Shown here piece by piece: positions 27,112 through 45,850 of a stretch of DNA of 64,000 nt. Source of the DNA: the human T2T-CHM13v2.0 reference genome, Homo sapiens. The first letter of the stretch is position 1. Each line of letters begins with the position of its first letter. Location: assembly GCF_009914755.1 (NCBI RefSeq), contig NC_060931.1; one strand, written 5' to 3'. The notes beneath the pieces are model-generated. The model worked only from the letters and a program-made list of their open reading frames with translations. It was not told the DNA's origin and ran no database searches. The position numbers and the translations under genes are program-made.

Positions 27112-30100
27112 ACACAAAGGAAGTCGATTCCTTTGCTTCTAGGGCTCTTATATGATCTCGCTTGAATGCACATTTTCCTTTCAAATAGTACCAGGACTTT
27201 GCCCACTGACTCAACCTGATGCAAGTTCATTTTCTTTTCTTTATACAGGACTTCACACTGGAGTACAATTCAACGTGTATAAGTCAGCAGGTCTCATAGA
27301 GAAAACATTGTAGATAGGTTGTATAAGGCATCTCCACAACTGGCTGTCAATATAATTTAGCCATGTACATCCCAGGACACCTAATTCATAACTAAAAATA
27401 ACACCTGCCTTACTCTCTCATAAGGATAAAAATAAGAGAAGGAAATGCAATTTGGAGCACATTACTTGCTAAATGCCTAATAACAAATGCTCCACTGGTG
27501 GTCAATACCGAACGGATAGTAAATTTTCCAAAAAGCTAAGGCAGGGTATTTCTTACTGCCAGGAACTAGCCCTGTGTACTAGTCTCCTTTTAGGAACTTA
27601 GGAATAACACTCATCATTCTCAGAGGTACTGTGTAGTCAATCTAATAATGAGTCTTCTTATCACTAAAACATTACAAAGACAAGACATCAGAAAGTACTT
27701 TAAACTTACCATAAGATGTGAAAAGAGCAAGCAAAGTATAATAAAAATCAAGTTACCAAACATTTTATATTAAAAACAATACTAATTTTATTTTTAAAGT
27801 AATTAGTAATAGTATAATACATCAGGGAATGAGTGTTTATTCTTAAGGAATCGATAATATATTTAGATGTTTTCTGATGTTAAAAAATTTTACTTTATGG
27901 AATATAAATATGTACAACAAAACACTATCTTCAGTTCTAAACAATTTGAGGGCAGGAAAGGGGGTCAAGTTGTTGGTAGTAGTTTTATTTTTCAGTGTAG
28001 AACTCAAAGGCACACAATTTAAAGTACTTTCAAGATGCGACGTGTCACACTTTCATATTCCACTGTGTAAGAAGTATCAGTATACTTCATTTACCTGCCT
28101 CAGAAAATCTCTTATTAAAGAAGAAATTATAGTTAAAATTCTGCTACCTTGCTGGTCAAGGTAGCAGAATCCATAGTAAGCGGATCATGATGCACTAAAC
28201 AAGCTGACAAATCTAGTTTTCAGCAACAACAACAGTTTAAAAAATCAGTATAAAATGCATATATTAAGACCACCAAGCTAAAAATCAAAGCAACTCTTTA
28301 CTGAATGCCTACAGTGTACATGAAACACAAAAGCACTTAAACCATGACCTCTGTTTTCAAGGGGCTAAAAGTCTAGACAGTGGGACAATGAAAATAAATG
28401 AAAAGTTCAACAACTACATCTGAAAAAGCAACAGAAGAAATGCCAAGGTGGTATATGATTAAAATATGCTACATAAGTTCAGTAAAAAGACAGGCCAGTT
28501 GGGACACGTACGGGAACGTGTTGGTGGGTGAAGAACAGTAGCATTCGTGGAGTTGCCATTTTAGTTACTACATAGTTCTCCCCCTCCTCCCACACCAAAC
28601 CTGAAAATCTCACAACAGGTTGAAACTATCTTTAGTATTTCTGCATAACACTGTACTAGTCCAACTGTTTACTAGGAAGTACACAGAAAGGCATTTAAAC
28701 AATGACTATATTATAGACTATATTTCAGAATGAATTCTGACATCAGACCTTTCACAGAACACTGCTTGGGCAAGCACACACAGTTAGCATTAATAGCACC
28801 TAGTGGGTATCTTTCTGTTCTCCAGGTTAACTGCAATATGTTAATTATTATGAAATGTAAAACTATAAATAGCAAAATGTGGGAAAACCTGCTCCTAACA
28901 GTAAGCTGTCACTGGCAACAAGCCAATGGGTTTTTCCAGCTGGCATAAAAGCTTCACCTGAAAGAATGGAGGAAGTTGAGGGCGCAGGGTACCAGGACAA
29001 GGCATCCTTCCTTCCCACCTTGATTTCATGTAGTTTATGTATTAGGGTACCATGTGAGATTTAATTTGAAAAATAAGATCTGCTGCTAAAAGGGTAAAGA
29101 CATAGAAGACCTCTGCATAATGACAACATAGTGAGATAAAACACATGTAAAACAAGCCCCCAAACAAGACAATTCCAGTAGATTTGTTTCCACGAATATA
29201 TTTTTGTGCCACCAAATCAGGATATTGTGCCGTCTTGGAATTCCTGCCTCTACTTTATTTTTGGTACCCCCTCCTCAAGGTCTTCTCATTAAATAATAAA
29301 TACACCCTTACCGGGAAGCAGTCACTGAGAGACCCAGTCACAAAATACACCTAAAAGTGTTCATTCTGCACTTCAGTTTTTGAGCCATATTTAATGGTCA
29401 TTACCAAAAGGCTCAATACAACCTGATTTTGTTTTTCTAAAAAGCTTTTGTCTTCCATCTTCACTCTTGTCCTTTATAGTTCAAAACCACAGGCTCCAGT
29501 GGTTAGGTTACTTAAACAAATCTTTCTTGGTGCAAGTGGCTACACATCAGAAACCTGGTTCCTACTATGATTAACTCTTTGCCATTTAGACTTTCAAACC
29601 TTTGTGCATTTTTAGAAGGACATAGGGAATAACCTGTCTTAGCTCCTGCCCCCACACCCCTCCCTCTTATAAGTGATCTCCTACCAGTTTTGGGATGGAG
29701 TGCATCTTCATTTGAACAAAGTCTTGGTTTGAACAAAGTCTAAACTTCCTCAAACCTCAACAATGAATCTCTAAGTGACTCAAATACAAATGATTTATGC
29801 TGAACTAAACTTCAAAGAGCAGACAAAATTTGTCATATTGAAATTTAAAAGAAAGCCTTCATAATATAAGTGTACTGTACATCAGGGCAGTCACAAAAAT
29901 CATTCCAATTTATTAACTAAAATATGCAGAGAAAATGACTTCTTAGTAAATGAATTGTTACAGACATTATAAAATCAGTTTATGAAAAATGTTATTCTAG
30001 TTAAATAGTTTACACTCAAATTTCTACAACTATGTTTATTATAATGCAAGACACACCAATACTCCACTAGGTCACAGACAAAATCTTAAGGGTTTAATAG

Positions 30101-32421
30101 ATCTGAAAGTAGAATTTGGATTAAGTGGAAAATCTTAAGAACCCAAATAAAAAAAGAGTTCTGAGCAGAAACAACCTGAACAAAGTAACAGTCAAAACAA
30201 CAACAACAAAAAAGGCAATATTTGTTTATACTAGTAGAAATGACATAAACAGAAAAATCCAGACACGCTACATATGACTTGTGCTTTCTAAACTCTATTC
30301 CCTCCATTCTCCTTGTCTAGAATGCTTTCTTGTTGTCTTCAAGTAGTTTTTATTCAATCTTCCAAAAGTCGAAGTCTCTTCTCTTCCACCGGCCAGCACT
30401 TAGGGTCTGAACCATTCATCTGGCAGCACACCATGCCGTGCCATCGACTGCAGTTACTGTCCACCTTTCCATGTACTCATACTTCACCTCTCACAACTCC
30501 GCTGAAAAGCCTGATGGGGACATCCTGTACATTCTTCAGCATGTAGCTCAGTGTCTTAGAAATGTTACATGCATCAAGATATCTGCAGACTTGAGGGTCT
30601 GACTTGAGAAGAGCTGGAAAGTGACTTTCCCCAACAAAATCTGTTTAATTCCTATCTGTATAATGCTGTGAACAGATGGTTCTCTCCAAAAAGATGCAAA
30701 GCTTTCTGAATGCAGGAGGAGTAAGTTAAGTTTTGGGGTCCAAGAGGCTTCTCTGCATGTAAACTGAAGGAAATGAGCCACTAAGATGATATGTTTTTAA
30801 TAGCATTTCAGATGCCAAAACACAAGCAAATATACTTTTAAAAAGTCCAACGCATCAAAACTGTTTAAAGAAGGAATGTTTTATTAAAAACAAATACTCC
30901 ATTATTATGTGTACAGGATATTAAACAAAAGTCTCTAAGATATATTCTACCCATTTTTCTACTTCAGCCACTATTCCTTCACTCACTATGCACTTTATGT
31001 ACTCAATTACTTTAGTATCAACAATCCAATGAGGTTAAGTAGTAGGTTCATTTTACAAATGAGGAGGCTGAGTAGGCACTGTAGTTTAAAGAATTTGTCC
31101 CAGGTTATGGAGTTAAAGTGTTGCAGTCAGCAATTAAAATCAGTCTGACTCCAAAGCATTTGTTCTTGCCATCAAGCATACTACCAACCAGTCTGTGTCC
31201 TGGGCAGGACTCATGGGCTAACAGAAGGGAAGGGTAAATGTGTTTAAATAACTACAACATGGGATAATAAATGCTATTCTAGTATGAGCAAAGACCTGTG
31301 GGGCATAAAGAAGGAAGTGAATAATTCTTGCATTCTACATATAGGATAAACGGCAAATAAGAAAACATCAGAGGAAAAGCAGCTGATGTGGAAGAGGGAA
31401 AGGGCATCCCATAGAGAACACAGGGACACACAGGCCACAGGCAGCAAATAAAAAAATACAGTGGGAACATTTCAAAATATAAGTAGATGTGTTTGGCATA
31501 ATGTATATTATTCTCTTCTAGAATGTTCCTATAAGGATCTATAAATCTGTTTTGAAGGAGAATCAGATTAATGAGAACCAGAAGAATCTAGATGGCTGCT
31601 TTATGAAGGATCTAAGGAATCAGAATCTAAGAAAAAATAAAAAATACTCATGTGCAAAGTTATATAAAAAAAGAGGAAAAAGTAAACAAATTTGAATATA
31701 AAAGATACATACACCCTTAGAAGCATCACAGACTGGATCAGATGAGACCCGAACCACAATATGTAAGCAACGCTAAATGAAGGCAAGGGACAAAAAAGAT
31801 TCATATAAAAGATCTTTACAATGTCAAAGCAGCAGCCTGGAGGGAAGCATTTAAGTGAGCACAAAACTGAGCAGTGACCATGAACAAAGCCCTGTGAGGA
31901 GATCCAAAGATGGTCAAGGGAATGTAAAATAAGGAGACAATACACAGATCACCAGAATATTCACCCAATATGACTTCCCCAAAACAAATGACAAAATTGC
32001 AGAGACATGGAAGGTGTCAACCACCCTAACATCTCTGAAGTCTAAATCTGCTAGAAGAAAATAAACCTGATAAAACATTCCTTGCTGACGATCTCTCTTT
32101 TCCAAGGTGAAAATAAGGAAGAAAACTTTTATTCTGGACTTAATTCTGACCAACGAAGAACTGGTTGGCTACTGCAAAAATAACAGAAACCCTAGGAGGA
32201 CGTGACATAATTTTAGGATTTACAAAAGCAGGGAATGGGAATAATTATACTTGAGTTCTTAGATGGCAGGCATCCTCGCTATTTTGCAAATACCACAGTG
32301 TATTGCAATCATTTGTTTACATGTTCACTTTTTACAACTAGACTTTGAGCTCCTCTAGGAAAAGGACCTCGATTTAATCATTTCTATGTAGTAGACAATG
32401 CCTGAACCTGAACTTCAGTAG

Positions 32422-32766
<345 letters not shown>

Positions 32767-33481
32767 TGCTTCCAGATTTTTTAAGAAAACAACTATCCAA
32801 AAAAAGATCGGGAAAAGGATGGGTGGGAGTGGTCCCATGGTTATAGAGAGCAGTGATTCACAGGCCACAGAAGATGCTAAAACATGACATTTTGACTATG
32901 CAATAATAAATAAATCTATAAAGAAAAGAAAATTAGAGGAAATCTAAAGAAGTTGGTTGTTACACAGGGAGAATCTGATGGGACTAGATTTGCAAAGAAA
33001 GCTTAGAAAAGATGGGTAGAGGTATATAACCTACTTGTATATAAAAGTATAATTCTTACGGATTAAAGTCAGAATCCATAATGATCTGAGGAAAGTGAAA
33101 AATGCTGAAAGCAAGACAAAGCTATGTTTTGAATAAGGGGAATATCAGGAAAAGCCACTGCTCAGCCTGATGCCATATTTGACAGGAGAAAAGGCAGGGC
33201 AATGTAGTTCCATGTTCATTTTGCTTCCTTCTATCTTTAGGTAAGAGCATGATCTTCTAACCAAAAGGACAGATTAAGTAATGTGAAGAAGGGAACTATT
33301 AAGTCAGGAGAGATGCAGACATCACAAAAGCATCTACTCAATTCAAATGAGTTTAAATCTTTAGACTGAAAATGAGTTTTATCCCAGGCTCTTAATCCTC
33401 ACAGGTGAGAGCACAAAACCACTGTTAGAAAAATACCAAAAATGGAAGAAATGGCAGACTCTGGAAGCAACATGCTTAGAA

Positions 33482-33792
33482 TTATTATTTTTTTATTTTT
33501 ATTTTTTGAAACCAAGTCTTGCTCTGTCACCTAGGCTGGAGTGCAATGCTCGATCTCGGCTCACTGCAACCTCCACCTCCCAGGTTCAAGCAATTCTCCC
33601 GCCTCAGCCTCCTGAGTAGCTGGGATTACAGGCAAGTGCCACCAAGCCCAGCTAATTTTTTTTTTGTATTTTTAGTAGAGACGGGGTTTCACCTTGTTGA
33701 CCAGGCTGGTCTCAAACTCCTGACCTCGGATGATCTGCCTGCCTTGCCTCCCAAAGCACTGGGATTACAGGCCTGAGCCACCATGCCCAGTC
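33482..33792 (-). mobile_element. Alu (S)
   Basis: T-rich tail and a dimeric Alu. Confidence 0.95.
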
Positions 33793-35550
33793 TAGAATTA
33801 GTTCTTGAGAAATTTCTAAAACAGATTTGGGGCTTGATGATTTCTTCAGAAATGAATATGATGGGTTTATCAACCACTGTTCTGTCTGCTTGTGTTTGGG
33901 GGTATTTTTCATGGGAAATAATGCGTAGCATTTTGACTAGAACTCAGCTTGATTCCACCTAAAATATACAGGAAGTTTAATTCTGAAATTGAACAAGTAG
34001 TCATAGAGGTTCCACTGACAATTGTTTTCCATTGGAAAAGTCCTTATATATCCCACGGCCTACTTCCTTTCCCCTTCTGCTGCCCATCTAAACTCAAAGA
34101 CTTTGTAGTTAGCTCTGTTCCCATCCCACTGACTCCTCAGTCCTCCCCCAAAATGGAATAAAGTTATCAATGAGAGTCAAAATGAATTTTCATAAAGAAC
34201 AAATTCTATCAAAGTAATGTATTCTTTGGATAGGCTTCCTAGGATGTCAGAAGTATAATATATATTGAATATATCTTGAATTCAGCAGTTTCTGGTAAAA
34301 TTTGCTGATTCCCTTTTGGGATAACATGGTAAAGTATAGCATGGATAACAGCAGTGTTTAGATGAATCTACACAGAACTTGAGATACTGAGTCAGCCTAA
34401 AAGTCTCTGTAATACTCTTGGCTTATATTTGACTCCATGCTTTTTATTATACTTAACAAAAGCCACAAAGTTCATTTAAATATGCAAACGGAAAGCCAAT
34501 TCTACAGATGACAGAATAGTGGAAACTACAACTATTCTTAAATTAAAACTCTTACATTCTTTGACAAATGTTATTAATAGTGTTATTAATAACATGCATC
34601 TATCACTTTATAATCACATAGTTCTTTCATAAGACAAACTTCTAAGATGGGGATATACAAACAGGATACATTCTAACAATACCAAATCCAAACACATACA
34701 ATTTAACAGATATACATTAGATTTTTAAAAATGCATTTGGAAAGGGTAGAATGGAAAAGATCTAACCATTAGCGTGTATGGGAAAAGGTCTAGTGGTTTT
34801 ACTTAAATAGGCTTATGATACTTGGTCTGGCAACTGGGTAATGGAACGCCTAAAAAAGTAACATTAAGACCATATAAATAGATGTGCAATGTCTAAATTA
34901 GCAATTGTGTGACCTTAGGCAAATCACGAATGATAACCACTCTGCTTCTCATTTATAAAATGGAGATAACTACCCTACAAGATATTTTTATAAAAGAACT
35001 CTATAAACATAAGGGAAAATACAAATATTAGTAACAAGTTTTAATAAAAGACATCTATTATCTGATCATATGTGGATTATTATATTCAAGTGTGAGCTTC
35101 ATATTTTAAGAAAGGCAACGTCAAGTCAAAATATGTGTAAAGAGAATTAAACTGAGAGAGAACTCAAAATCATGTTAAGTGTGGAATGGTTCAAAGAAGT
35201 GAGGATGTTTGATCTACATCCAGAAGTTAACAGACAAGTGGTCTTCATGTGTTTAACAAAATGCACCTAAGAAGTTCAATTGGTAAAAGATTTTGGCTTA
35301 ACCAAGATAAAAAATTTCTAACAATTTTACCCTAAAGAACTCCCTACCTAGCAAAGTACGAAGCTCCTAAAACACCTCAGGAGTACACACAAAGCATTCT
35401 GAAAAAGTAGGTATTAGAGAGACTTTCTGGACTGTGTGTATGTGTTTCACGGAAGATTTACCAATATTTATATATAGATTTATGGGTATCAAAAATGAGG
35501 ACTCGCCTGGTAAGAAAAATGTGTTAGTTTTTTTAAAAGGCGTGTGTTAG

Positions 35551-36000
<450 letters not shown>

Positions 36001-36260
36001 TTAACAATGAACACCACAATGCCAGAAAAGAACCAAAAAATGAATTATAACTCATATGCAAATGAATCTGACTAAATGCTTCCAAAAGTCCAGATTAACA
36101 CAAAACACATCCATGCTTTGCAGGCCTCCGAATTGACACCACTCTCAACCATCAATTTTCCTTCCACAAACATTTATTGCATGTCTACTCTGTACCATTT
36201 TCTCTGGAGCTTGATGCTATGACATTCTCTAACAGCCTCCTAAAAACCATGCTGTTCTGC

Positions 36261-36307
36261 TTTTTTTTAATTTTAATTTTTATTTTTTTAAGGCTAGTCA
36301 AGTGAAG
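36261..36307 (-). pseudogene. 5'-truncated Y3 RNA retrocopy (last 18 nt or so plus an A-rich tail)
   Basis: Minus strand CTTCACTTGACTAGCCTT matches the 3' end of hY3 and is followed by an A-rich tail. Direct repeat gttctgctt at 36254-36262 and 36307-36315. Confidence 0.85.
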
Positions 36308-37089
36308 TTCTGCTTATTTCTTAGCAGATCACTCGGGACTGGCCATTCCAAATGAAGTCAGTAATAGCTTTTGATTGTTTAGTAGCAATAAAATATTTTT
36401 ATTGGGGCAGAAGTCTCTCTTCAGGTTTACATTCAGATGAAAGTATTGTGCTTCCTATACAGCAAATCCCTTTATGGTTATATACCTATTGAAATTCCTA
36501 AGATTGCTGATGTTCATAATTTTCCAAATTAAAAGACTTCCAAGTTATCTAAAAGTTATTTAAAACATCAAACCCAGTTCTTTACTGCATTTGATTACAC
36601 AGCACACTTTATTTCAATAGTAAAGATCAGTCAGTCTTATCTTTTTCTAAAAGATGGCTCCTATCAGCATCGAATTGTCTTAAGCATTTAAATCAACATA
36701 ACAAAAATCCCAAATAAGAATAAAATTCCCACTTTTCTGAAACATCATTTTAATTGACAGATTCTTCATAATCTGGTTATGAGCTTCATTTTTAGAAAGT
36801 ATTTTTTAGGCATTAAGAGTATTTACTTTCATTTCAGAAGAAAAATTATTTCAGAAAATGATATAACTTCATTATTTTATAAAACTAAATGAAATGGAGA
36901 TGGATATAGTTATGGTGATAAACATTTCCAATACAACAGACCAAGCATACATCTTTAAGAGTTCTTTCTCATTAAGAGACATTTATTAAGGTTTTCAGAT
37001 TGTTTTTAAAATAAATGTCTGTTTTTTAAAATAAGCATTGATACTCTGAAACTCAATGATTTTAGCTATGTAAAATGTGTGATTAAAAA

Positions 37090-37400
37090 TTAAGGCTGGG
37101 GAAACTTAAACACACATTACTAAGTGGAAGAAGACAATCTGAAAAAGCTACATTAGTTTTAAAACTAATCTGTACTTTCTAAAAATGACCCTGAAACTCC
37201 TCTGTGTTCCACCTATTCACCACCCAGATCATCAATTGGCTTCATCCACTGTAACATATGTTCCACCCTGGTTGGGGGTGCTGATAATGGAGAACACTGT
37301 GCATGTGATGGGGCAGGGAATATAATGAGAAGTCTTTGTACCTTCCACTCAATTTTGCTGTGAACCTAAAATAGCTCTAAAAATTAAAGTCTATGTTTTA
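37090..37400 (+). mobile_element. L1MB/MC 3' fragment
   Basis: tctttgtaccttccactcaattttgctgtgaacctaaaatagctctaaaaattaaagtc. Confidence 0.75.
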
Positions 37401-38098
37401 AAAAGACTATTTTGCTTTTTATTCCTCCTTACAGTATATTCACATACTAGGGGAAATACAAACTTTTTTTGTTTTCAATTTGCAAATGGTGTCTCAATCT
37501 AAAAAGAATTAAGTCTTAATAGGAACACATCTTTTCCAGACCTATACATACATATGATACTCCAGAGTTTCAAAAGACCCTGAATTCAAAAATTTATATG
37601 CTCATCACATTACTAAGGGGCCGTAGTTTAAAAATCATTTAAAATATATAGTTATTTAAGTGTTCATCCTTAGCAATAATTTATAGTTGAATTAGGGACA
37701 GATTGCCAGAGACAATCTTGACAGAACCAATTCTCAGTCAATATTGAATCTTATTTCAAAAGAAGGAAGGCAAAAAAGAAGACTAGATGAAAATATTTTC
37801 AAATACAAATCAGAAACGGCAATATTCTTACTTCAGATATGCTAGTGCTGTATACTGAACTAGAACTGTTTTACTGAAAAAAATTTATTTAAAAACACAT
37901 TTGTAAAACTCTGAATTTTAGTCATATTGTTGAGAAGTGTTAAGTGACTTTTTATAGGAGCTAGAATTGCCTTAGAAGTTGGGGGAACTGAGTAATGCCC
38001 AAGTTTTACAATGTCAAAAATCTTTATTGATTCAAAATTTTACAGTGCATTAGTCGTTCCCCAATCTGCTCCAAAATCCAGACAATGATTTCTGTTTA

Positions 38099-38563
<465 letters not shown>

Positions 38564-38611
38564 TCAGTAGACTGATGGAGAGAGACTTCTCTCCTTTGAA
38601 GAGGGAAAATT

Positions 38612-38993
<382 letters not shown>

Positions 38994-41900
38994 TCATGAC
39001 TTCCCTGTTAATTGTGGTAAATTACATGGAGAAAGAAACTTCTCCTTTGTCCAAAGAAAAAGAAACTGGTTAGAGGGGTGAACACAAGCTACCGGAAAGA
39101 GACTTATAATAGTCAATAGTTAAAACCTGAAAGCGTGTTATAAAACAAAGGTTGCAGGGCTTGTGTATTTGGAGATTATATAAAATCCTTATTTTAATAA
39201 TATGCTTCGTTTCAATTAAATAGCCATCTACCATTTAAAATGCAGGTGAGGTCTTAGGAGTTTACATCTATCAACACTGGGCAGACTAGAAATCAAGATA
39301 TGTTACACTTGTCTGGAACCAGGGGAAGACTATGGGTAGATTAATTAGTAAATGTTAACAGTTCAGAAGGAAAAAATTAGTAAATGTTAACAGTTTAGAA
39401 GGAAAAGGAAACATATCTGGTAGCAAATCTTACTCTAAATGGGGATTGGGGGGAGTAGGGTATGTGTGTGCCTATATGTGTATATATATATGTGTGTGTG
39501 TATATATATATCAGCCATCCATAATCATGAATTTTAATAGAAACTAACATTTTTAACAGAGAAAACCTAAGTGGAACTATGGCTGTAACCAAACATTCAG
39601 TTTAAGGCCAATGAAAAAACTTCCTACTTGGCTGATGAAGTCATAACCCAGGCAATCTTTTACCTTTAGCTGGATACTAAACATATAGATGTAATAAAGG
39701 AAAAAAATAAAAATATACAGTTGTCAGACTTCTTGCAAATGCCAACATATAACACGACAATGTTTTAGAACACCCCACTAAAGTTCTAGATCACTACTTT
39801 CTGTTCCATCAATACATTATTTCAGTATGCAAGTCTGATAACAGAGTGTAAATGCTAGTGCAGTCCTTGGGCCAAGATCTCACTATATTAAGAAACAGTG
39901 CTAGGCTACAAAAGTTGATTGCAGATTTCTTGCATTTCTTCTTGGAGATAGTGATAGCATTATCATCTTTAAATCCTTGTGGAGCTCTCCCTGTTTCCTT
40001 ATGCTGAAAACAACAACTTCCTTGATTGGGGAAAAAAAAAAAAACAAAAAAACCCAGCAGATATGCTATCATTCTATATGGTGTAACACAGAGTAGCTCT
40101 TCTTCAAAGATGAATCGGAGATCACATCTTTAGTGTGTATGTAATACATCTTGGTGCCATTACTATAAGTTTTTTTCCATTTTGTAATATTAGAGATGTC
40201 ACCAGTCTAGTGGTTATGTGTGTTGTCCCCTAAATTCTCTTTGGTACTGCAGAAAAATCCTGGGTAAATTAAACTCCACCTCTGTTTTACTCTTTTAGTT
40301 CTGACACTGGTAATTTTGTAGTTAGCATAAGTTTATTTTAAGAGTACCTGCAAGGTTACAATTTTTTCCCCTGCTAAAGTTACTCCAAGATCACTGGGCC
40401 ACATTTAACACAGGGCAGCTTTGAAAACCTACAGGATCTGTGACAACAGCTGCCAGCTGGTGGTCATTTTGAAAGCCTTCAAATTCATTGTTTGCAATGA
40501 ATTCACAGTTGTAAGCCCTTGACTTGAGAGACCTACTGTAATTAAACTGTAAGACACAATAATGTTTAGAGGAGACAGATTCTGAATCTTAAAAGTTTTT
40601 TCCTCCACTGAGTTTCAAGCATGAAAGCACATTTACATGGTGAGGGCTAAAGAAACTTCAAATTGTTGTTAGAATGTGACTATAGACAAATCACAATCCT
40701 TCGGAGCCTTGTTTATTATCATCATTGTTATTATTCGGTCTTTAAAAGGATTGTTAAAGACTATGTTATATTTATTTATTCATAGCTCTGAAGTGTCATG
40801 ATTCCAATACAAATCATTTTTAAGTTATCCTTTCCTTGGGTTTTCCCAAAGACTGTGTCATAGATGGGTATCTTAGCAGTGGGACTGGAATTTGATGAGG
40901 AAAAGCTATGAAATATTTGTTCAGAAAAAACATGACCAGGGTGAAGTGGGCACCAGTATTACAACCTTATTGCATTTAAATAGGGTCTTTGGTTCCTTCA
41001 AAAAAAAATTGGAGAAAGACAATAAAGATACAGCATTTATCCTGAAGATATGAATTGGAACACAGCAGGAATAAATACATGAATAGACATAGGTCAAGGT
41101 CACCAAAATGACATGAGACATCTTCCTCTACTACATTCATTAAGTGGAAGATTTAACTGAAAATTGCTTTATATAAAAACACACACACATTCAACCACAC
41201 ATGCATATAGAGGGCTAGGCTTATGGTTTACCTTTGCTAAACAAACTCTTACAGAAGGCTAATTAAATGTCATGAAGACAGTAAGACTATTACTAACATT
41301 TCAAAGCTATTTAGAGTTGCTTCAAACATTTTTACCACTCAGAAAAGCAAATCTCCTAAGTGTCTCTTGCCTAGAGCTCCTTGCACTGCCCCCCACTGCC
41401 TTTTTAAAAGGGTGTATACAAGTTGCTTGATTCACAAGCTTAAGTTGCAGTAGTACTGCTATGCAGAAATACGGAATATTTAAAGGTTTAACATTTGCCT
41501 TTCAGCCTACTGGGTAAAACACAGAGTCTAGAAGCAGCTATTACCACACAGCCCCAACAAGAAACAGACTAAAATTCTTACAGCAGAGTAGGTTACTTAT
41601 TCTGCTATTTTACCATTGAGATAATTAAAGAATGGTACTGGGTCACTGCATCATACACTTTAAAATAATTAATTGAACGTTATGTGAATTTCACCCGCTA
41701 TAAAAAAGAAAGAAAGGTAATGGATGCATTAAAGGCTTTATAAATTATATGAGGGGAAAAAGCATTTTGGGATGTTGCTTTGTAACAGCACAATAGTGGG
41801 TCTGAGCACCCAACAGGAGCTGGAATAACAAAATTGTTATAAGCACAGTATGTTCCAGGGTCAGCTTGGAGCTTCCAGGAACTCTTAGAATAAAGGTAAA

Positions 41901-42507
41901 GTGGGCTAAGACAGTGAAGTCAATAGTTGCCTTAGGAAGTGTGGTCAAGAGGAACCTGGAGAAAAGGAAATGGTTCTCAAGGTCAACAACTTCAAGCTGT
42001 TTTATGGAACATCTGGGTACTTCAGTCCATTTCTCAAGTAGCTTAGATTACTTAGGCTTGCTCTCAGTTCTAGGTACCTAAACTCGATTTCTCTATAACT
42101 CAAACCCAGAGAAGACTCTCTAAAAGACCAAAAAACAGAGTAGAATCTTCTTAATGCATCTCAAATTATCAAGAGTGATTCTTTGGAAATAGCCCCTGAC
42201 TAAGAAGTGGAAGGCTAGTATGACCAGCAATGTTAGGTGGCTCGATTACAACTCACAGAAGCAAATCACAGGGTGATAAGGAGGTCCAAGGAGCAGTGGC
42301 TTCTCAATCCATCAACAAGGTTTCACAAACATAGTATTCTTGAGCAATGATTTGTACTTTGAAGCATTATCCTTTTTAAATGTCACAGTTGATATTTCAG
42401 CTGACATATACGGAGTGAGTTTAAAAATACTTTATTAGAAAACTAAGGTTGCTTCCAAACTAGGAATATTTATTATTAACTGACTAGGAGAAAAAAAAAA
42501 AACCACA

Positions 42508-42822
42508 CAGTTGACTCCAGGTACCTGGGGTTTTCACATTTGTGGATTCAACCAACATCGAATAGAAAATTTTTTTAAAAAATTGTGTAATTTATTAAGC
42601 ATGCAGTTTTCGTCAGTCTCTAAACAATATAACAACTATTTACATAGCACTTACATTGTAATAGGTATTAGAAGTAATCTAGAGATTATTTAAAATATAC
42701 GGCCTCCCATATATGTGCAGGTCATATGCAAATACTACACTGTCTTATATCGAGGACTTGAGAATCCAAGAATTTTGCAATCTGTGGAACCAATCCCCTA
42801 CAGATACCTAGGGATGACAGTA
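42508..42822. mobile_element. MER2-type Tigger (TcMar) DNA transposon
   Basis: cagttgact...ggattcaaccaac...tatttacatagcacttacattgta...ggaaccaatcccctacagatacctagggatgacag. Confidence 0.8.
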
Positions 42823-43199
42823 TACGGTATCTTCACCCTGCTCTACTACCTCTTCAGCAATTTTTTCCTAGAGGTCACCTCCTAAGTATACAAAATATAA
42901 GAAACAAGGGTAAATTAGCCCAATAATTTGTAGATTTTATTTATTCATAGTACATTCTCTTTGGGGGAAATTATCAAAATATTTTTATAACCTGTTACAA
43001 TAAAATTCTTACTTTATCTCTACTGTTCACCAGTACCTTAATTCTTATTTGATATATAAATAAAGCAGAATGACCTAATCCAACTATGTAAGAGCAGATG
43101 CTTTCCCTTCATAGGTGGAAGCCCATTTTTAAAAAAGCCTTCCAGTTTGCAAGTGAGCTTGGGAGAAGCTATATTACCTGTAATAAGGGCTCCTCAACT

Positions 43200-45850
<2,651 letters not shown>

